A stretch of DNA of 64,000 nucleotides from Plasmodiophora brassicae (GCA_036867785.1 CP145419.1:744001-808000), one strand, 5' to 3'; positions 34,071-45,495 are shown, numbered from the stretch's first letter. Numbers and translations are program-made. The notes: generated by a model from the letters alone, not told the origin.

Positions 34071-37000
34071 CCGGGGTCAGCCGAAAATAATCAAACGACG
34101 TGAAGAAATCAAACCCCGAGCGAAGCGAGGCGCCTTCCACCGCAGCAACAAAGGCAATGCATGGTCGATCGAGGTACAGGCTACAACTATCGATCCCGGA
34201 TTAACGAATCAAAACACGATGCACGCTAGCGTTCATTGTTGTGCCTGCGCTTCCGGACGCTGGATCGAGTCACGAACGACGATGGAGAAGTCGGACACTT
34301 GGTCTTGTCCTTAATGCCGGGACACTTTTCTTTGCCGCACAGGAAATAAATGCCGTCGATCAAATGGCCGTTTCTGCACGTTGGCGATTCTCGCCGGCGC
34401 TTATTGGTCTACTGACAAAAATAATTGGTTATGGGCCGGCTTCACCTTCAGCCAAGTCGGCTGCGTACCAATGCGAGGTTGAGAGGATGATGTCGCAGCA
34501 GCCTGCACGATTTTTGTTTATAGCGCACACGACAGCAATCACGAACCAAACCTGTGTGGGGAAAGGGGCCAGCAGGCGCATTGGTGCGACTGTGTCCACG
34601 AGAACTACCGGTTCCGTTACAGCAGCCTGAAAATATTGTCAGTAGAATGCAAAATAGAGATGAGGCATAGTCGCTGTACTCGGTCGGGCGTGCGATGATC
34701 GATTCGACAAGCGGATGCGGCTGGATCAGGACAAGTAATCACAGAAACAACCTGAACAATTGGTCAGCGAATGCTCACCACGGTCGGTATACAAAGGCGA
34801 AAGCTGTACCTGCGTGGGAGCCGCGTCTACAACAACGTCTGCTGTCGTCGACTGCAACGACGGGACGGCGTGCAGGCACAACTTATTGAGTACCGGAAAC
34901 GTCATCATTCCTGCCTCTTGACCTGCTGAATCGGCGCTAGCGAGACAACGAAAGGCTGGGGACAGGTGACTGGACACGGTTATTCAATAAGCAACCCGCA
35001 ATAGAAATCGATTTGGCAGATTTAAACCAACCGGAAGAGATTCTGCAGCGTGCCATACACGAAGTTCTGTTTGTGAAGTTGTGCAATACTGTGGTCCTCC
35101 CATACCAAGACAGTCACTCCTGCAGCATGCGTATTCAATGCCATTACGAAGTTCGCTCTGACCGCGACATCGTCGAGGGCGACGAGCAGGCGGATTGTCT
35201 GCTGGATAATTCTGGCGCGGCAGATTTGCGATGGCTTTCTCGTTCAACAAAATCGGCACAGACGGCCTAGCAACCATTGCTGGCGCAAGCGTGCTAAGCG
35301 ACCCTAACAGAGCCGACCGTCGAAGTTCGTCGATAACCCGTTCGTACTTCCGGCGGTCTGCGAGAACCGCATCGGTTTTCGACATCCGTTTCAGCCTCTG
35401 CTCGATAAAGATCGTTGGCTTCGGCAATATTGTCGATCCATTGACATACACAAAATGCCCATTATCGTCGACGTCGTTCCACCGCTTACACAATCGGTCA
35501 GCGGACAAATTGGGAAGTGACCGGACAAGAACGTTGAGAAACTGTAGTGAACCCTGGCAAAAGTTCAGGAACGGGAGTTCGGTGCCGAACCTTGCAGCCA
35601 GGAAACGTGATGAGGGGCTTAGATTGTCTTTAGACAAGCGCGCGGAGGCTTCCACAATGGCAGTAGTTTCAATTACCAAGGGACTGGGAACGATTCCAAA
35701 GCGTTCACCAACAGGAGCGAAATCTGCAGGGATAATGCGGTCAGGATGCTCAACGTACGTACCCGCGCGACGTTCGCATAAAAATTTGAATATCGTCTTC
35801 GATCCACGAATGATGATGATGAAGGTCGGGAACGAATCCGCGGCTTTTCTTAATGGTGTTGTTATAACGGAAACAACGCCAGCGCGACAGCGCCTCAATA
35901 CGTTCCGGACCACAAGTGTACGAGTCGAGGTATTTTCCACTCCATATGAAAGCTAGCTTCAACGTCATTTTCTCCCCGTATAGTGCGGTACGTCATAAGT
36001 CCATTCGAGTCCTTGCCATCCTCGAAGTAATAATTGACATCGCCGTGGTCACTGTAGACACCTTCTAGAACGTCAGTTAGCAGAGAAACTGCCTATCAGC
36101 AGAAAAAAGTGGCTGCGATTGTGATCCGGTTCGCATGAAGCCGAAGCACAGAACCACCGATAGCAGGCGCCGGAACAAGTCCATAGGTGGCGGCTTCAAC
36201 AGCTTGATGCGTTTGAAGACAAAATCGTCCGTTGGCTTATGCTTCCTGCGAAGAAACTCGTCCATCGCCGCCGATTCGTCGCCGCCGTGCTGCCCAACCA
36301 AGAACGCCATGACGTTAGCGAAGTCTTCCTTATCATATAAAGAAAACGCATCGCTCATTGCGTACATCCAATGTTTGCGCAGTACTGGATGCCCTAACGG
36401 TGCGGGCTCCAGGCGTTTCATTCCATGAAACTGGTCCTGGGTGACACCAGACACATATGAAGTTCGATGGACGTACCCATGCCCCATGTCGCATTTGTAC
36501 AAGAACTCGACGAACTTTCCGAAAGCAGTGAGCATCGTCTTGTCGTCATTTTGCAAGTTGGGAAGTTCCGGCGCTTTGCATTCTTGCATCAGCATGCATC
36601 CTAGCTGGACATAATCGATGTCGACATTCGCAGGCGGTTGCGACGATGGCGTCGAAGACGGCACAGGATCCACTGGAGATATTGGAACACTGTCAGTGTC
36701 TCTTGCCCTTTCCCTATTTCCAAGGTCGTCGGCCCAGCCATCACGAAGACGAGATATTGGAAGCGTAACCTCAAACGGACAGTCGCCGAATTCACAAAGT
36801 GCAGTCGTAGAACCCGAAGGCAGGGTTTCTAACGCCCGGTCGCGTAGAAATGTTCGTGTGCACAGCAGCGCGTTTGGCACGACAACATCGACGACAACAA
36901 CACGAGCGTGCGTCAACGGTCTGTCACGCCGAGCGAACACGGAGCTCAGTCCAGCTCGCCAGACTCTCACCAGGTCGAAACTTGTCCGGAAAGGTCCGAC

Positions 37001-37306
37001 AGGACTCCCAAATGTCCCTGTTGGTGTCCCTGAGGCGCATAGCGTCTGCTGCAGTAGTATTGGATAGTTGTCAACACATTTCTTAAAAGTGGTACAAACC
37101 GGCCGCTAAATGTGGTCAAAGTGGCATCTATTAATAGTTTACCACTTTTTATGAGGCCTGGGATAACGTTACCTACATCCCAAGGCGCTCAGTTGCCACA
37201 ACGCACTTTTTACGAACGCACTGGGCGCAATCTACGAAGGCACTGGACGCACTTTTTACGAAGGCACTGACGCACTTCACGAAGCCACTGGGACCTATCA
37301 CCCCGG
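34071..37306 (-). mobile_element. Degenerate Zisupton/KDZ-like DNA transposon
   Basis: Transposase relic inside; short IR CCGGGGT.A / T.ACCCCGG flanked by TA on both sides; subterminal repeats ACGCACTTTTTACGAA at 37201-37290; boundaries tentative. Confidence 0.5.
34984..36970 (-). pseudogene. Zisupton/KDZ-like transposase, frameshifted
   Basis: Motifs DQFHGMKR...H...MSDAFSLYDKED, PPPMDLFRRL...QPLFS, VLEGVYSD...GKDSNGLMTYRTIRGENDVEASFH, SYTCGPE...RYN...HHSWIEDDIQ spread over several frames. Confidence 0.65.
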
Positions 37307-37411
37307 TAAATCACGGACTTCGGAGCGCCGCCCAGAGGGAAACTGCGCGGCCTGGCGCCGTCCTCATTCTGCAATCTGCTGCTGGTGCATCCACGAGCGA
37401 CGCCGACGTCA

Positions 37412-38288
37412 ATGGCGCTTTGGAAATCGTGCGCAGCATTGCTCTTCGCGGTCCTAGCCGGCGGCCGCTGCGCTCTCGGGCCCGATGACGACGTCGACCG
37501 CGACGCAGTCGAGACCTACTTTGACCTGAATATGGCGTGGAATGCTGATGACCACGACATGACGTCAAACGCGGTGCCCAACCACGCCCACGCTCCCTTT
37601 ATGGGCGCTGATGACGCCGATGGCGACGTCGACAGCGACGCAGTCAAGACCTACATTGACCTGAATATTGCCTGGTATGCTCATCGAGACCTAGACCACA
37701 GTATGACGTCAGACAAGGTGCCGGACCACGCCCATCGCTCCTTTTATTGCCGCTGCTGACATCTGGCAGGGAATGAACGACATCGGCAACCTGGGCGACG
37801 CCGGCGACGATGTGGCGATGTCAACGGCAGCGTCGAGCGTGGGACGTCGTCACATCGAGCGGAACGATGACGTACGCGCTGCAGTACCGGCCGGTACCTC
37901 TAACTGCGGAACGATGCATGATGCAGGGTCGCACGCCATAGATCACCAGCTCAGCGCCACGTCGGCCTGGGCTTCGGCGGGCGTCGCCAGCTACATGCAA
38001 CAGCAGCTAACGACGTCTAACGTTGACGCTGGGGAGACAACGTCCAGCTCGGTCCCGAAGTACATATACCCGGAAGTTGCCTGTACCCATTGCGGCAAGG
38101 AGGTCGCCAAACGCAGCCGACTTCGGCACCGGAAGTACCATTGCCCGGCTCGCAAGGTGCAGACCGCGTTGTGGTATTGCCAATGTTGCCCGTATCCAAG
38201 GTCATTCATCCGCCACGATTCCCTGCTCAAACACCGGAGGAAACGTCACACGAAAGACCAGGAACAGGCAAGCCCACCATTTCAGTGA
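37412..38288 (+). CDS. Secreted zinc-finger protein, copy 2, intact (~274 aa), effector-like
   Basis: Signal peptide MALWKSCAALLFAVLAGGRCALG; phase-0 intron 37718-37769; CTHC...H...C finger and CQCC...H...H finger with basic KHRRKRH. Confidence 0.82.
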
Positions 38289-38771
38289 AGGCACAGAATC
38301 GGAACTCGTCACAGGCTTCCTGGTCGTGCCTCGCCGGTTGGCACGGTTCGCACGGAAAGACATGCCCCATGGTCGGCAGGAGCCATAAGCAGGATCGTTG
38401 GGAACATCGATCACAGGGCGGACGCTGACGCGTACCGTCGTCACCACCAGACGGGATCTGCCTGCACGTACACGACAGGCAGGTCGAGCAGCGTCCAGAC
38501 AGGCGCAGGACTCGCGCCGTCGTGTCGGCAAAGGACTGCGACGCGCCTGGCACACGCTTCGACAGACGCGGGTTCGTTCCTTGGGCGAGCACCTGCATGT
38601 TGTCAGTCGACCGCAAGGGTCGCCTAGCTCGCCGATAACTGAGATTCAGTATGCCTGCTGCACATTCTCCCATATCACGAAGCCACGCGTTAGAGACCTA
38701 TCCACTTTAGAAGACGAGGCTGTGGATTGCATTCTCGCTATCCTGCCTATGTAATGTAGACTGTAAAATCG

Positions 38772-39173
38772 ATGGCTCTGGAGTGCATAGCAATCGTCGT
38801 CATCTGTTGCTGATCACGCACCGATCTGTCGTCAGCAGTGGCCGCCGCTTCGACGTTGCTCCGTCGTAGTACGATCCGGCGCACAAAGTCGCCGGAACGA
38901 TGATGCATGATCCCGCGTCGCACGGCACGACAACATGGGCGTCGGTGGACACCACCAAGTACATGCTTGATGTTGCTAGGCGGACGCGGGCTTCGTAACG
39001 CTCAACAGCAGCATTTGACGTGTACCGTTGATGCTGGGGCCATGTGTGTCCATTGCGGCCAGCGGTTATCCACCAAACATACCCGAGACCGGCACCAGAA
39101 ACACAGGGTGGCCAGGTTCCCCAAGTTCGCAGGGCACCTGTTCGCCCTACGCCCGGAGCACCGATACTCATAA
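38772..39173 (+). pseudogene. Secreted zinc-finger family, copy 3, fragment
   Basis: GTMMHDPASH...WAS...YM...QQQHLTCTVDAGAMCVHCGQRLSTKHTRDRH aligns with copies 1 and 2; stops and frameshifts. Confidence 0.65.
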
Positions 39174-39201
39174 TGGCGTCCTGCTCCATGTACGTATTGG
39201 T

Positions 39202-40891
39202 CTAGTCGGCATGCGGGTGGGGCCTCGTTGGTGGCAGGTGGTCCCCTTCCAGTCGCAGCGACCCGTCGTCGTTCACGATATGGTCCGGTGCCGGGACGCC
39301 CAGGTGCACGATGCGGTCGCCTTGCACGTTGGACGGGTTCGTCGACTTGCCAACGACGACGCCGTCCTCGGGCGCTTTCACCTTCGCCTGGACGAACCCT
39401 GAACAACAACAACAACAGCACGTTGCTTCGTGTGACACGTTCCTGTACGAAGCAGGCGGGCCACCGTTCCGCTACCGAATATGTCGACGACCGACGCGAT
39501 GCACTGGCCCTTGACGACGCGGTCGCCCACGTTCGGGTACACGTCGAGGATGCCGCCCTTCTGCTCGCCAGCACGCGATCAGCACACAGGCGAGAGGCGG
39601 CGTCGGGCGCCCATTACGATGGTGTGAATCCAGTACGAGTGCACGCAGGCGATCGTCGGCGGCATCGTCTCGTTCAGGTCGTGCATGTCGGGCGCGTCGA
39701 CCACGCCGAGGTGGTCCAGGACGCGGACAATGCCCGTGTACGTCCTGTGGATCAGGTCGCGGTCGAACGCCACACACTCGCCGATCTGGACCGCCAGGCA
39801 GTCGATCCCGTTCGCCGTGCACGCCGCCCGCAGCGTCCCGTCGCGATCCGGCCTGGCCACCTGCACCAGCACAGCCCGCCCCCGGTTGTCAGGCGATCTG
39901 TCGCTGTCGACCGACCCCCGCAACCGACATGGTGGACGATGATCTGCGGCTGGAGCCACCTGGCGATCCGGGCCACCGACCTGCTCCTCATGTCGCCCCG
40001 CACGTAGAAACTGTTGACGCGCGTTCAGACGCGAATCGGAGGCGAACGCGCGCCAGACGACCGACCTGTTGTCCCGGCCGAAGCTCGCCGTGTGCCTGTG
40101 TGTGTGGCGACACGCGTCAGTTCCGTTTGGGTCGTGCGCGCGCGCCTCCCGACAACGCAACGTACAGGTCCAGGATCAGGGTGCAATGCCGCAGGACGCG
40201 GTCGAACAGGTTCCTGGCGAACTGTCTGGCCCGGGTCTCCTTCGACGGGTCGCGGTCGTCACCGGGGAGGCCCGCGCCGAGGAAGCTCCGGTTCAGGTCG
40301 GCGCCGTCCACGTAGAACCGGGACGTCGTCTGGAACCCGTACTGTGCAAACGTCAGCGACGTCGGGTACGAAGAGGACGCCCAATCGTACCTGGTTGCAG
40401 CAGGGGATGGCCACTACGGAACCCTTCATGTCCATGACCAGGTGCGACAGCGAATGGAAGATCTGTGGGATCGGTGTCAGGGGGCGTGCCGGTGCAACGT
40501 GGCCGGTCGGTGGCTGCCGGCTGCCTTCTGGATGGTCGGGATGCCGGACGATTCGTTGCCATGGAGGGCGGCGGTCAGGCCGACGACGGTGCCGCCCGGC
40601 TCGGCGCCCTTGGCGAGCATCACCGGGACGCAGACGGGCGACCCGAACGAGTCGGACACGGTCTCGACCCACATGACGCTGATCTGGCCCTGTGGGGCAG
40701 CGTGAATCGGGCAGGCAGGGTCGCTCCTCGCGGGCAGGATACGCCACCGTTGGCCACTCGTCGATGACGAGCGACTGGACCGTCGGGATCGTGACGACCG
40801 GCTTCGAGCTGAAGTAGTACAGGATGTCGTCGATGGAGTGGTTACGAAGCAGGCCACGCGGCGATGGGCCGGCGTCGCGAGTCGTCGACAT
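39202..40891 (-). CDS. Succinylglutamate desuccinylase/aspartoacylase (M14-like) family protein, multi-exon
   Basis: TAALHGNE, AIPCCN-YGF, DLNRSF, DL|HTAS, GTLRAA; C-terminal barrel-sandwich domain (GDRVVKGQCIA...KAPEDGVVVG). Confidence 0.88.
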
Positions 40892-41001
40892 CGCTCCAGG
40901 GGCGTAGGTCCTGTGTGACAGCACCTGGGCCGTGATGGAGCCCGGCCCAGAGAGATCGATGACCCGCTTCGTTACGACGACGGCGGCCCCCGGGTGCGTT
41001 T

Positions 41002-41831
41002 TTACTTCTTACGATCCAGCTTCCATCTGTACACAGGGACGGCATCGGCGAGCGGTTCGCCAAACTCGTCGACCGGGGCGGGAAGTTTCACGCGGCGCCC
41101 CTTGCCGAGCAGGTTCTTCTGCACGCGTATTCGCGCGATCTCCTTCTCCATGACGGCGGCGCGGTCCAGGCGCGCGCTGAGCTCCTTGTACGCGCGCAGG
41201 CGCTCACGCTGGATGCCCTGCAGGTCGACGTTGGCCATCTGGACGCGGGCGGAACCTAGTTGCGACGCACGTGGGCGGTCGTACGCGCGACCAGCTAACC
41301 CGGGCAAGGTCCCTAACAGCGCCACTGTCAGTTTCTGACGTACCGAACGACACCGGATCAGCACAAACCGAAATGCGACGTGGCATCGAAGGACGTCAAC
41401 TGGGACGGCTTGTCGACGAAGATCGTGTGCGTGTTCTTCGTCGCTGGGGTGTCGCTGAGCAGATGCAAGCTGCTCTGAAGGTTGTCGATACGAATGCGCT
41501 CTTCCTGGGCCTTTGAGGTCAGGTAGGCCAGGTCCTGCTCGGCGAACCGGCGGAACGCTGTCGCAGAGCGTTGCTCTGGGTCGATCCGGCGCTTCGCGAC
41601 GTGCACACCCTGCTTCGTCCGCTCGTTGACCATGGCATGGTAGAATTCATCCGGGTTCTTCAACGCGGCGCTCTCCCGCATGGCTCGCAGACGGTCCTCC
41701 TTCTTGTGGAAATCCCGCGCACGCTTGACATAGTCCTTGTGCTTTTCGAGTTGGCCGAGCTTCGCACGTGCTGCCGGCTGCGATCGCTCGCGATGGATAC
41801 GCCGCTTGCCGATCTTCACGAAGCTCGACAT
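41002..41831 (-). CDS. UTP11: U3 snoRNA-associated protein 11
   Basis: HRERSQP...LGQLEKHKDYVKRARDFHKKE...KNPDEFYHAM; HTIFVD; KGRRVKL...VYRWKLDRKK. Confidence 0.95.
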
Positions 41832-41989
41832 GGTCGGCTCGAGGGTGGACGGCGCCTTGTGAAGCAAGTCCGTCGCGGACTCCGCCACGGACTTGACGGG
41901 TTAACCTCGACAACCGCGAGCTTGATCCTGTCGGCGTCGTGGCTCTCGTACAGTGTATTCAAGATGAGAAACGTCGCTTGCAGCTGCCC

Positions 41990-42424
41990 TCAGAGCGTTT
42001 GTGCACGTTGGCGAATGCGCCCTCTGTGGAAGATGCCATCGTAGATCACGACCGGTTTGTCGGAACCGACGATTTCGCTGACCTGCCCGGGGCCATCGAG
42101 GAGACCCTTCCGGAACTGGCCAGTCTGAACCAGGCGTCTGGTAGGATCGATGGCGCTGATGACGATCGTCTTGGTGCCGTGCCCGTCAGGCGCCCCGAAT
42201 TGCCAATCTCCGTAGTACGATATCCAGTCGCCGATCGCGCCTCCCCATCCGTGCGGAATGACGCCGCCGTGGTCGTCCCGAATCGCGAACCCTTCGTAGA
42301 CCAGGAACTGATTCGGGACCGCGAACTTGGCGTCGACGACGCCAAACACGTACTGCGTCCGGGGATGGAATTGTGAGGCCCTCACCACGGATGACAACCC
42401 CACAAGCAGGATCACGCGGAACAT
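41990..42424 (-). CDS. Small secreted MORN-repeat-like protein (144 aa)
   Basis: Signal peptide MFRVILLVGLSSVVRA; YEG...PHGWG, YYGDWQFGAPDGHG, TGQFRKGLLDGPG, YDGIFHRG. Confidence 0.72.
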   Translation of the reverse strand: MFRVILLVGLSSVVRASQFHPRTQYVFGVVDAKFAVPNQFLVYEGFAIRDDHGGVIPHGWGGAIGDWISYYGDWQFGAPDGHGTKTIVISAIDPTRRLVQTGQFRKGLLDGPGQVSEIVGSDKPVVIYDGIFHRGRIRQRAQTL

Positions 42425-42568
42425 GGTGATGCCCCAGGCGCAGACCGCAGGCACACTTCGTAGAATAATTACCTGCTGCGGAACCCTCGCCATAGTTGAC
42501 CCCGAAGTGTCACTCGACAGGCACCTTTTTTGTGGTGGTGGAGGGGGGCGGGGAGGCACTGGAAAGCT

Positions 42569-42744
42569 GGCAAGGCGCACCATTGACCATAGACGTCGCG
42601 ATTGGTACTTACTGTCCGAGAACCATTGAAGAAGATCTGCGACTCCCAAAACTTCAGAGGCGCTGCAGGCCCTCTGTTCCTACCTCAAATTCGCGACCGA
42701 TATGTGGACTATCGCGACGTCTATGGTCAATGGTGCGCCTTGCC
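42569..42744. repeat. MITE-like element with a 34-bp perfect inverted repeat
   Basis: GGCAAGGCGCACCATTGACCATAGACGTCGCGAT at 42569-42602 and its reverse complement at 42711-42744; no TSD seen. Confidence 0.75.
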
Positions 42745-42749
42745 CCGTG

Positions 42750-43562
42750 ATTCTGTCTTCCATGTGCATCGAAGAACAAATCGCGGCGTTGCAAGGTCAA
42801 ACGCACGTCACACTTCCGTCGCCACCTCGTCAGCGAACACAGTGACGTGTACACCGCGCCGTCGAAACCGACCGTCAATCAGGGCAAGACTAGACATTAC
42901 TTCAAGAGTGAAGGCGGTTCGAAGGTTGGTGGGAAACGGAAGGTTATGCCTTCTGCTGATTCACCAACGTCGACAGAGAGTACTCGGGGCGAAAACTGAT
43001 CGACTGGATTGTCACTCATTTCCAGTCGTTCACCGTTGTCGAGCTGGATGAGTTCGTGGAGTTCTGTGACTCGCTGAGACCCGAGTACCGGCTTCCATCA
43101 CGGGATACGGTTCGCGCACGGGTACTGAATCGGTGGCGAGAGGAGAAGAACAGGGTCAGGGCGCTGTTAAACACAGACCGAAAGGACAGGCGCCCTGGAT
43201 TCACGACCGATATGTGGACTTCTTCCGCTAAGCGTTGTTACATGGTCGTCGGCACGGTGCACTACATCGACGAGAATTGGGGGACGAAGCATTGCATTCT
43301 GGGTTTCGTTCGCGTGCTGTACCCGCACACGGGACAGCGGCTGGCACATCACTTTCTCCAAGTGGTTGCGGATATGGATCCTGACCTACTCTCCAGCGTA
43401 TGGACGATAACTGCTGACAATGCGTCGTCGAACAGTTCAATGGTCGACAGCATCAAAGGGTCCTTACAAGACATGATCACCAGGTCCTTCGGGCACTCTG
43501 TCCCGGTCGAACCGCCATGGCAAATGTCTCCTACGTCGACTTTCCGGCATTTGTATTTTTGA
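42750..43562 (+). pseudogene. hAT (Ac-like) transposase fragment with BED-finger remnant
   Basis: C...KRTSHFRRHLVSEH; LRPEYRLPSRDTV; FTTDMWTS; HTGQRLA; ITADNASSN; truncated; TTCCG subterminal repeats follow at 43560-43690. Confidence 0.85.
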
Positions 43563-44059
43563 GTTCCGGAACTGCAGAACCGTGTTCCGGTGTTCCAGCG
43601 TGTTTCCGTATCTGCAGAGGTCTGTAAGTGTTTCCGGAGTGGCAAGCGGCACTTGTGCGTACGGATCGCGTGGAATTCCGCCCCGGTCCATTTTTTGGCC
43701 CCCTTGCGGCCCGGGAACCGTGCAGCCGACCAGAGCCTGAGTGGTAAATTAGTAGCGATGGCAAGAGCGCCGCGGGCATTTCGAAATCATTGGTGTTTCG
43801 TCATGGGTGGCGGCAAGCTCATATGGAAAGAGACTCCTCCCGGACCGCAGCAGGTGAAGTTGGAACGGCTGTTTAGGGACGGTGTGTGCCGGCTCCAAGC
43901 TATAAGACAAGAATAGCTGTGATCCGGCTAGGCCGCCCTAAGAATGACGGACATGCACGGAGTGCGCACGGAGTCCGCACGGCGTCCGTGGGAGCTGCAG
44001 GTCGGGGACACAGACGATTATACTACACGGCTGATATACCATCACCGTTGGGACGTCAC

Positions 44060-44791
44060 TATAGATCTGTTATATAACGCTTGGCGGGGGGGTGGGCGTT
44101 ATATAACGTTATGTAACGTTATATAACGGTTATATAACGGTTATATAACGCCCTTTTTGGAGACGCTTGGAGACCACCCCGGACAGCCCGGACTGCGCGG
44201 AGAGGCCGTGGAAATCCGGCGGACTCGCATTGACATCTCGAAGTGCACTCTAAACAGCGTGCGAGACTTGGAGACGCGAATATTGAACGCCAGACTGCAG
44301 TGTGTTTCAATTCGTCCCAACTGAAGCGAAAGGTTCCGGACGTACGCCCGATAGACGGACTCCTCAAGCACCTCATCAGTTTCCACTCCTGGACAGAATC
44401 TCTGGTGGGATCTGCTGCCGATGGATGCGAAGATGACGACGTGATTGATCCTGTCGACGACTTCGAATTTTAGATGCCTGTGATCGCGAGGTCGACCGCG
44501 TAGTGAATCCAAACGAAATTGACGACCACGTGATCTACAGCGACTCTGATACCGAGGAAGTGGTCGTAGAATCAGGATGGGTGTTGTAGACCAGACCGCC
44601 AACTAGGCCACGAGAGCAGCTGCTCTCGTGGCCTAGTTGGCGGTCTGGTCTACAGTGTGAAACATGACCGGTACACTGTTATTCGTTATAAATGGAATAT
44701 AACGCGTTATATAACGCCTCTGTGACATAACGTTATATAACGCGTTATATAACGCCCGTTATATAACGCCAAAATAACTAACAGATCTATA
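44060..44791 (+). mobile_element. Non-autonomous hAT element/MITE (732 bp)
   Basis: 13-bp TIR TATAGATCTGTTA; 8-bp TSD GACGTCAC; many TTATATAAC subterminal repeats at both ends; dimerisation-domain remnant AERPW...HSKQRARL...N. Confidence 0.9.
44585..44654. repeat. 70-bp perfect palindrome with no spacer
   Basis: TGTAGACCAGACCGCCAACTAGGCCACGAGAGCAG|CTGCTCTCGTGGCCTAGTTGGCGGTCTGGTCTACA. Confidence 0.95.
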
Positions 44792-45275
44792 GACGTCACA
44801 GAGATCTCTTGAACATCCTTTCGGGGAAGGTTTCAAAGAAGGACGCGATGGTGGCCACCGCGCAGGAGATGCTGCTGGAAGATGACGTCGATGATCGACA
44901 ACAAGGACAGAGCGTGCAAGGCTCAACGATCGTCCTGCAGATGAACAAGGCGCCGACCTTGAAGAGCATGGACCGCAAGGCCGTCACGACGTTCATGGCC
45001 GAGCTGAAGACGTATCGGAATCACTTCCGGGACGATCCGAATGCCAAAGGCCAGATCCCACGGTCAGTGAGGAGTATGATCGACCCCGGTCTTGTCACGA
45101 CTGAGTCGTGTTGGCGACTCAGCCGGCACCAAATTGGGCTCCTTCGTAGCGCACTGGGTACAATAAACGTCCACGGCGCGGACCGACCTCAGTCGGTCAA
45201 TCCGTGTGGTTGACTCATCGTGTTCGGTCGTCACATTTTGACCGACTAACCTTCTGTCGTCGTCTTGTCTCGACT

Positions 45276-45495
45276 CGTATCGTATTGTGCCGTATCGTAT
45301 CGTATTGTGCCGTATCGTATCGTATTGTGCCGTATCGTATCGTATTGTGCCGTATCGAATCGTATTGTGCCGTATCGTATCGTATTGTGCCGTATCGTAT
45401 CGTATTGTGCCGTATCCTTATCGTATTGTGCCGTATCGTATCGTATTGTGCCGTATCGTACCGTGCCGTACCGTTTCTATCGTTCGTATTGTATT
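45276..45495 (+). repeat. Minisatellite (CGTATTGTGCCGTATCGTAT)n in the leader of element C
   Basis: 20-bp unit built from CGTAT/TGTGC pentamers, about 9-10 copies. Confidence 0.92.

Noticed and set aside
43690-43740. Possible right TIR (CCAGAGCCTG) of the 42.7-43.6 kb hAT relic
   Set aside because: No matching left TIR or 8-bp TSD found.
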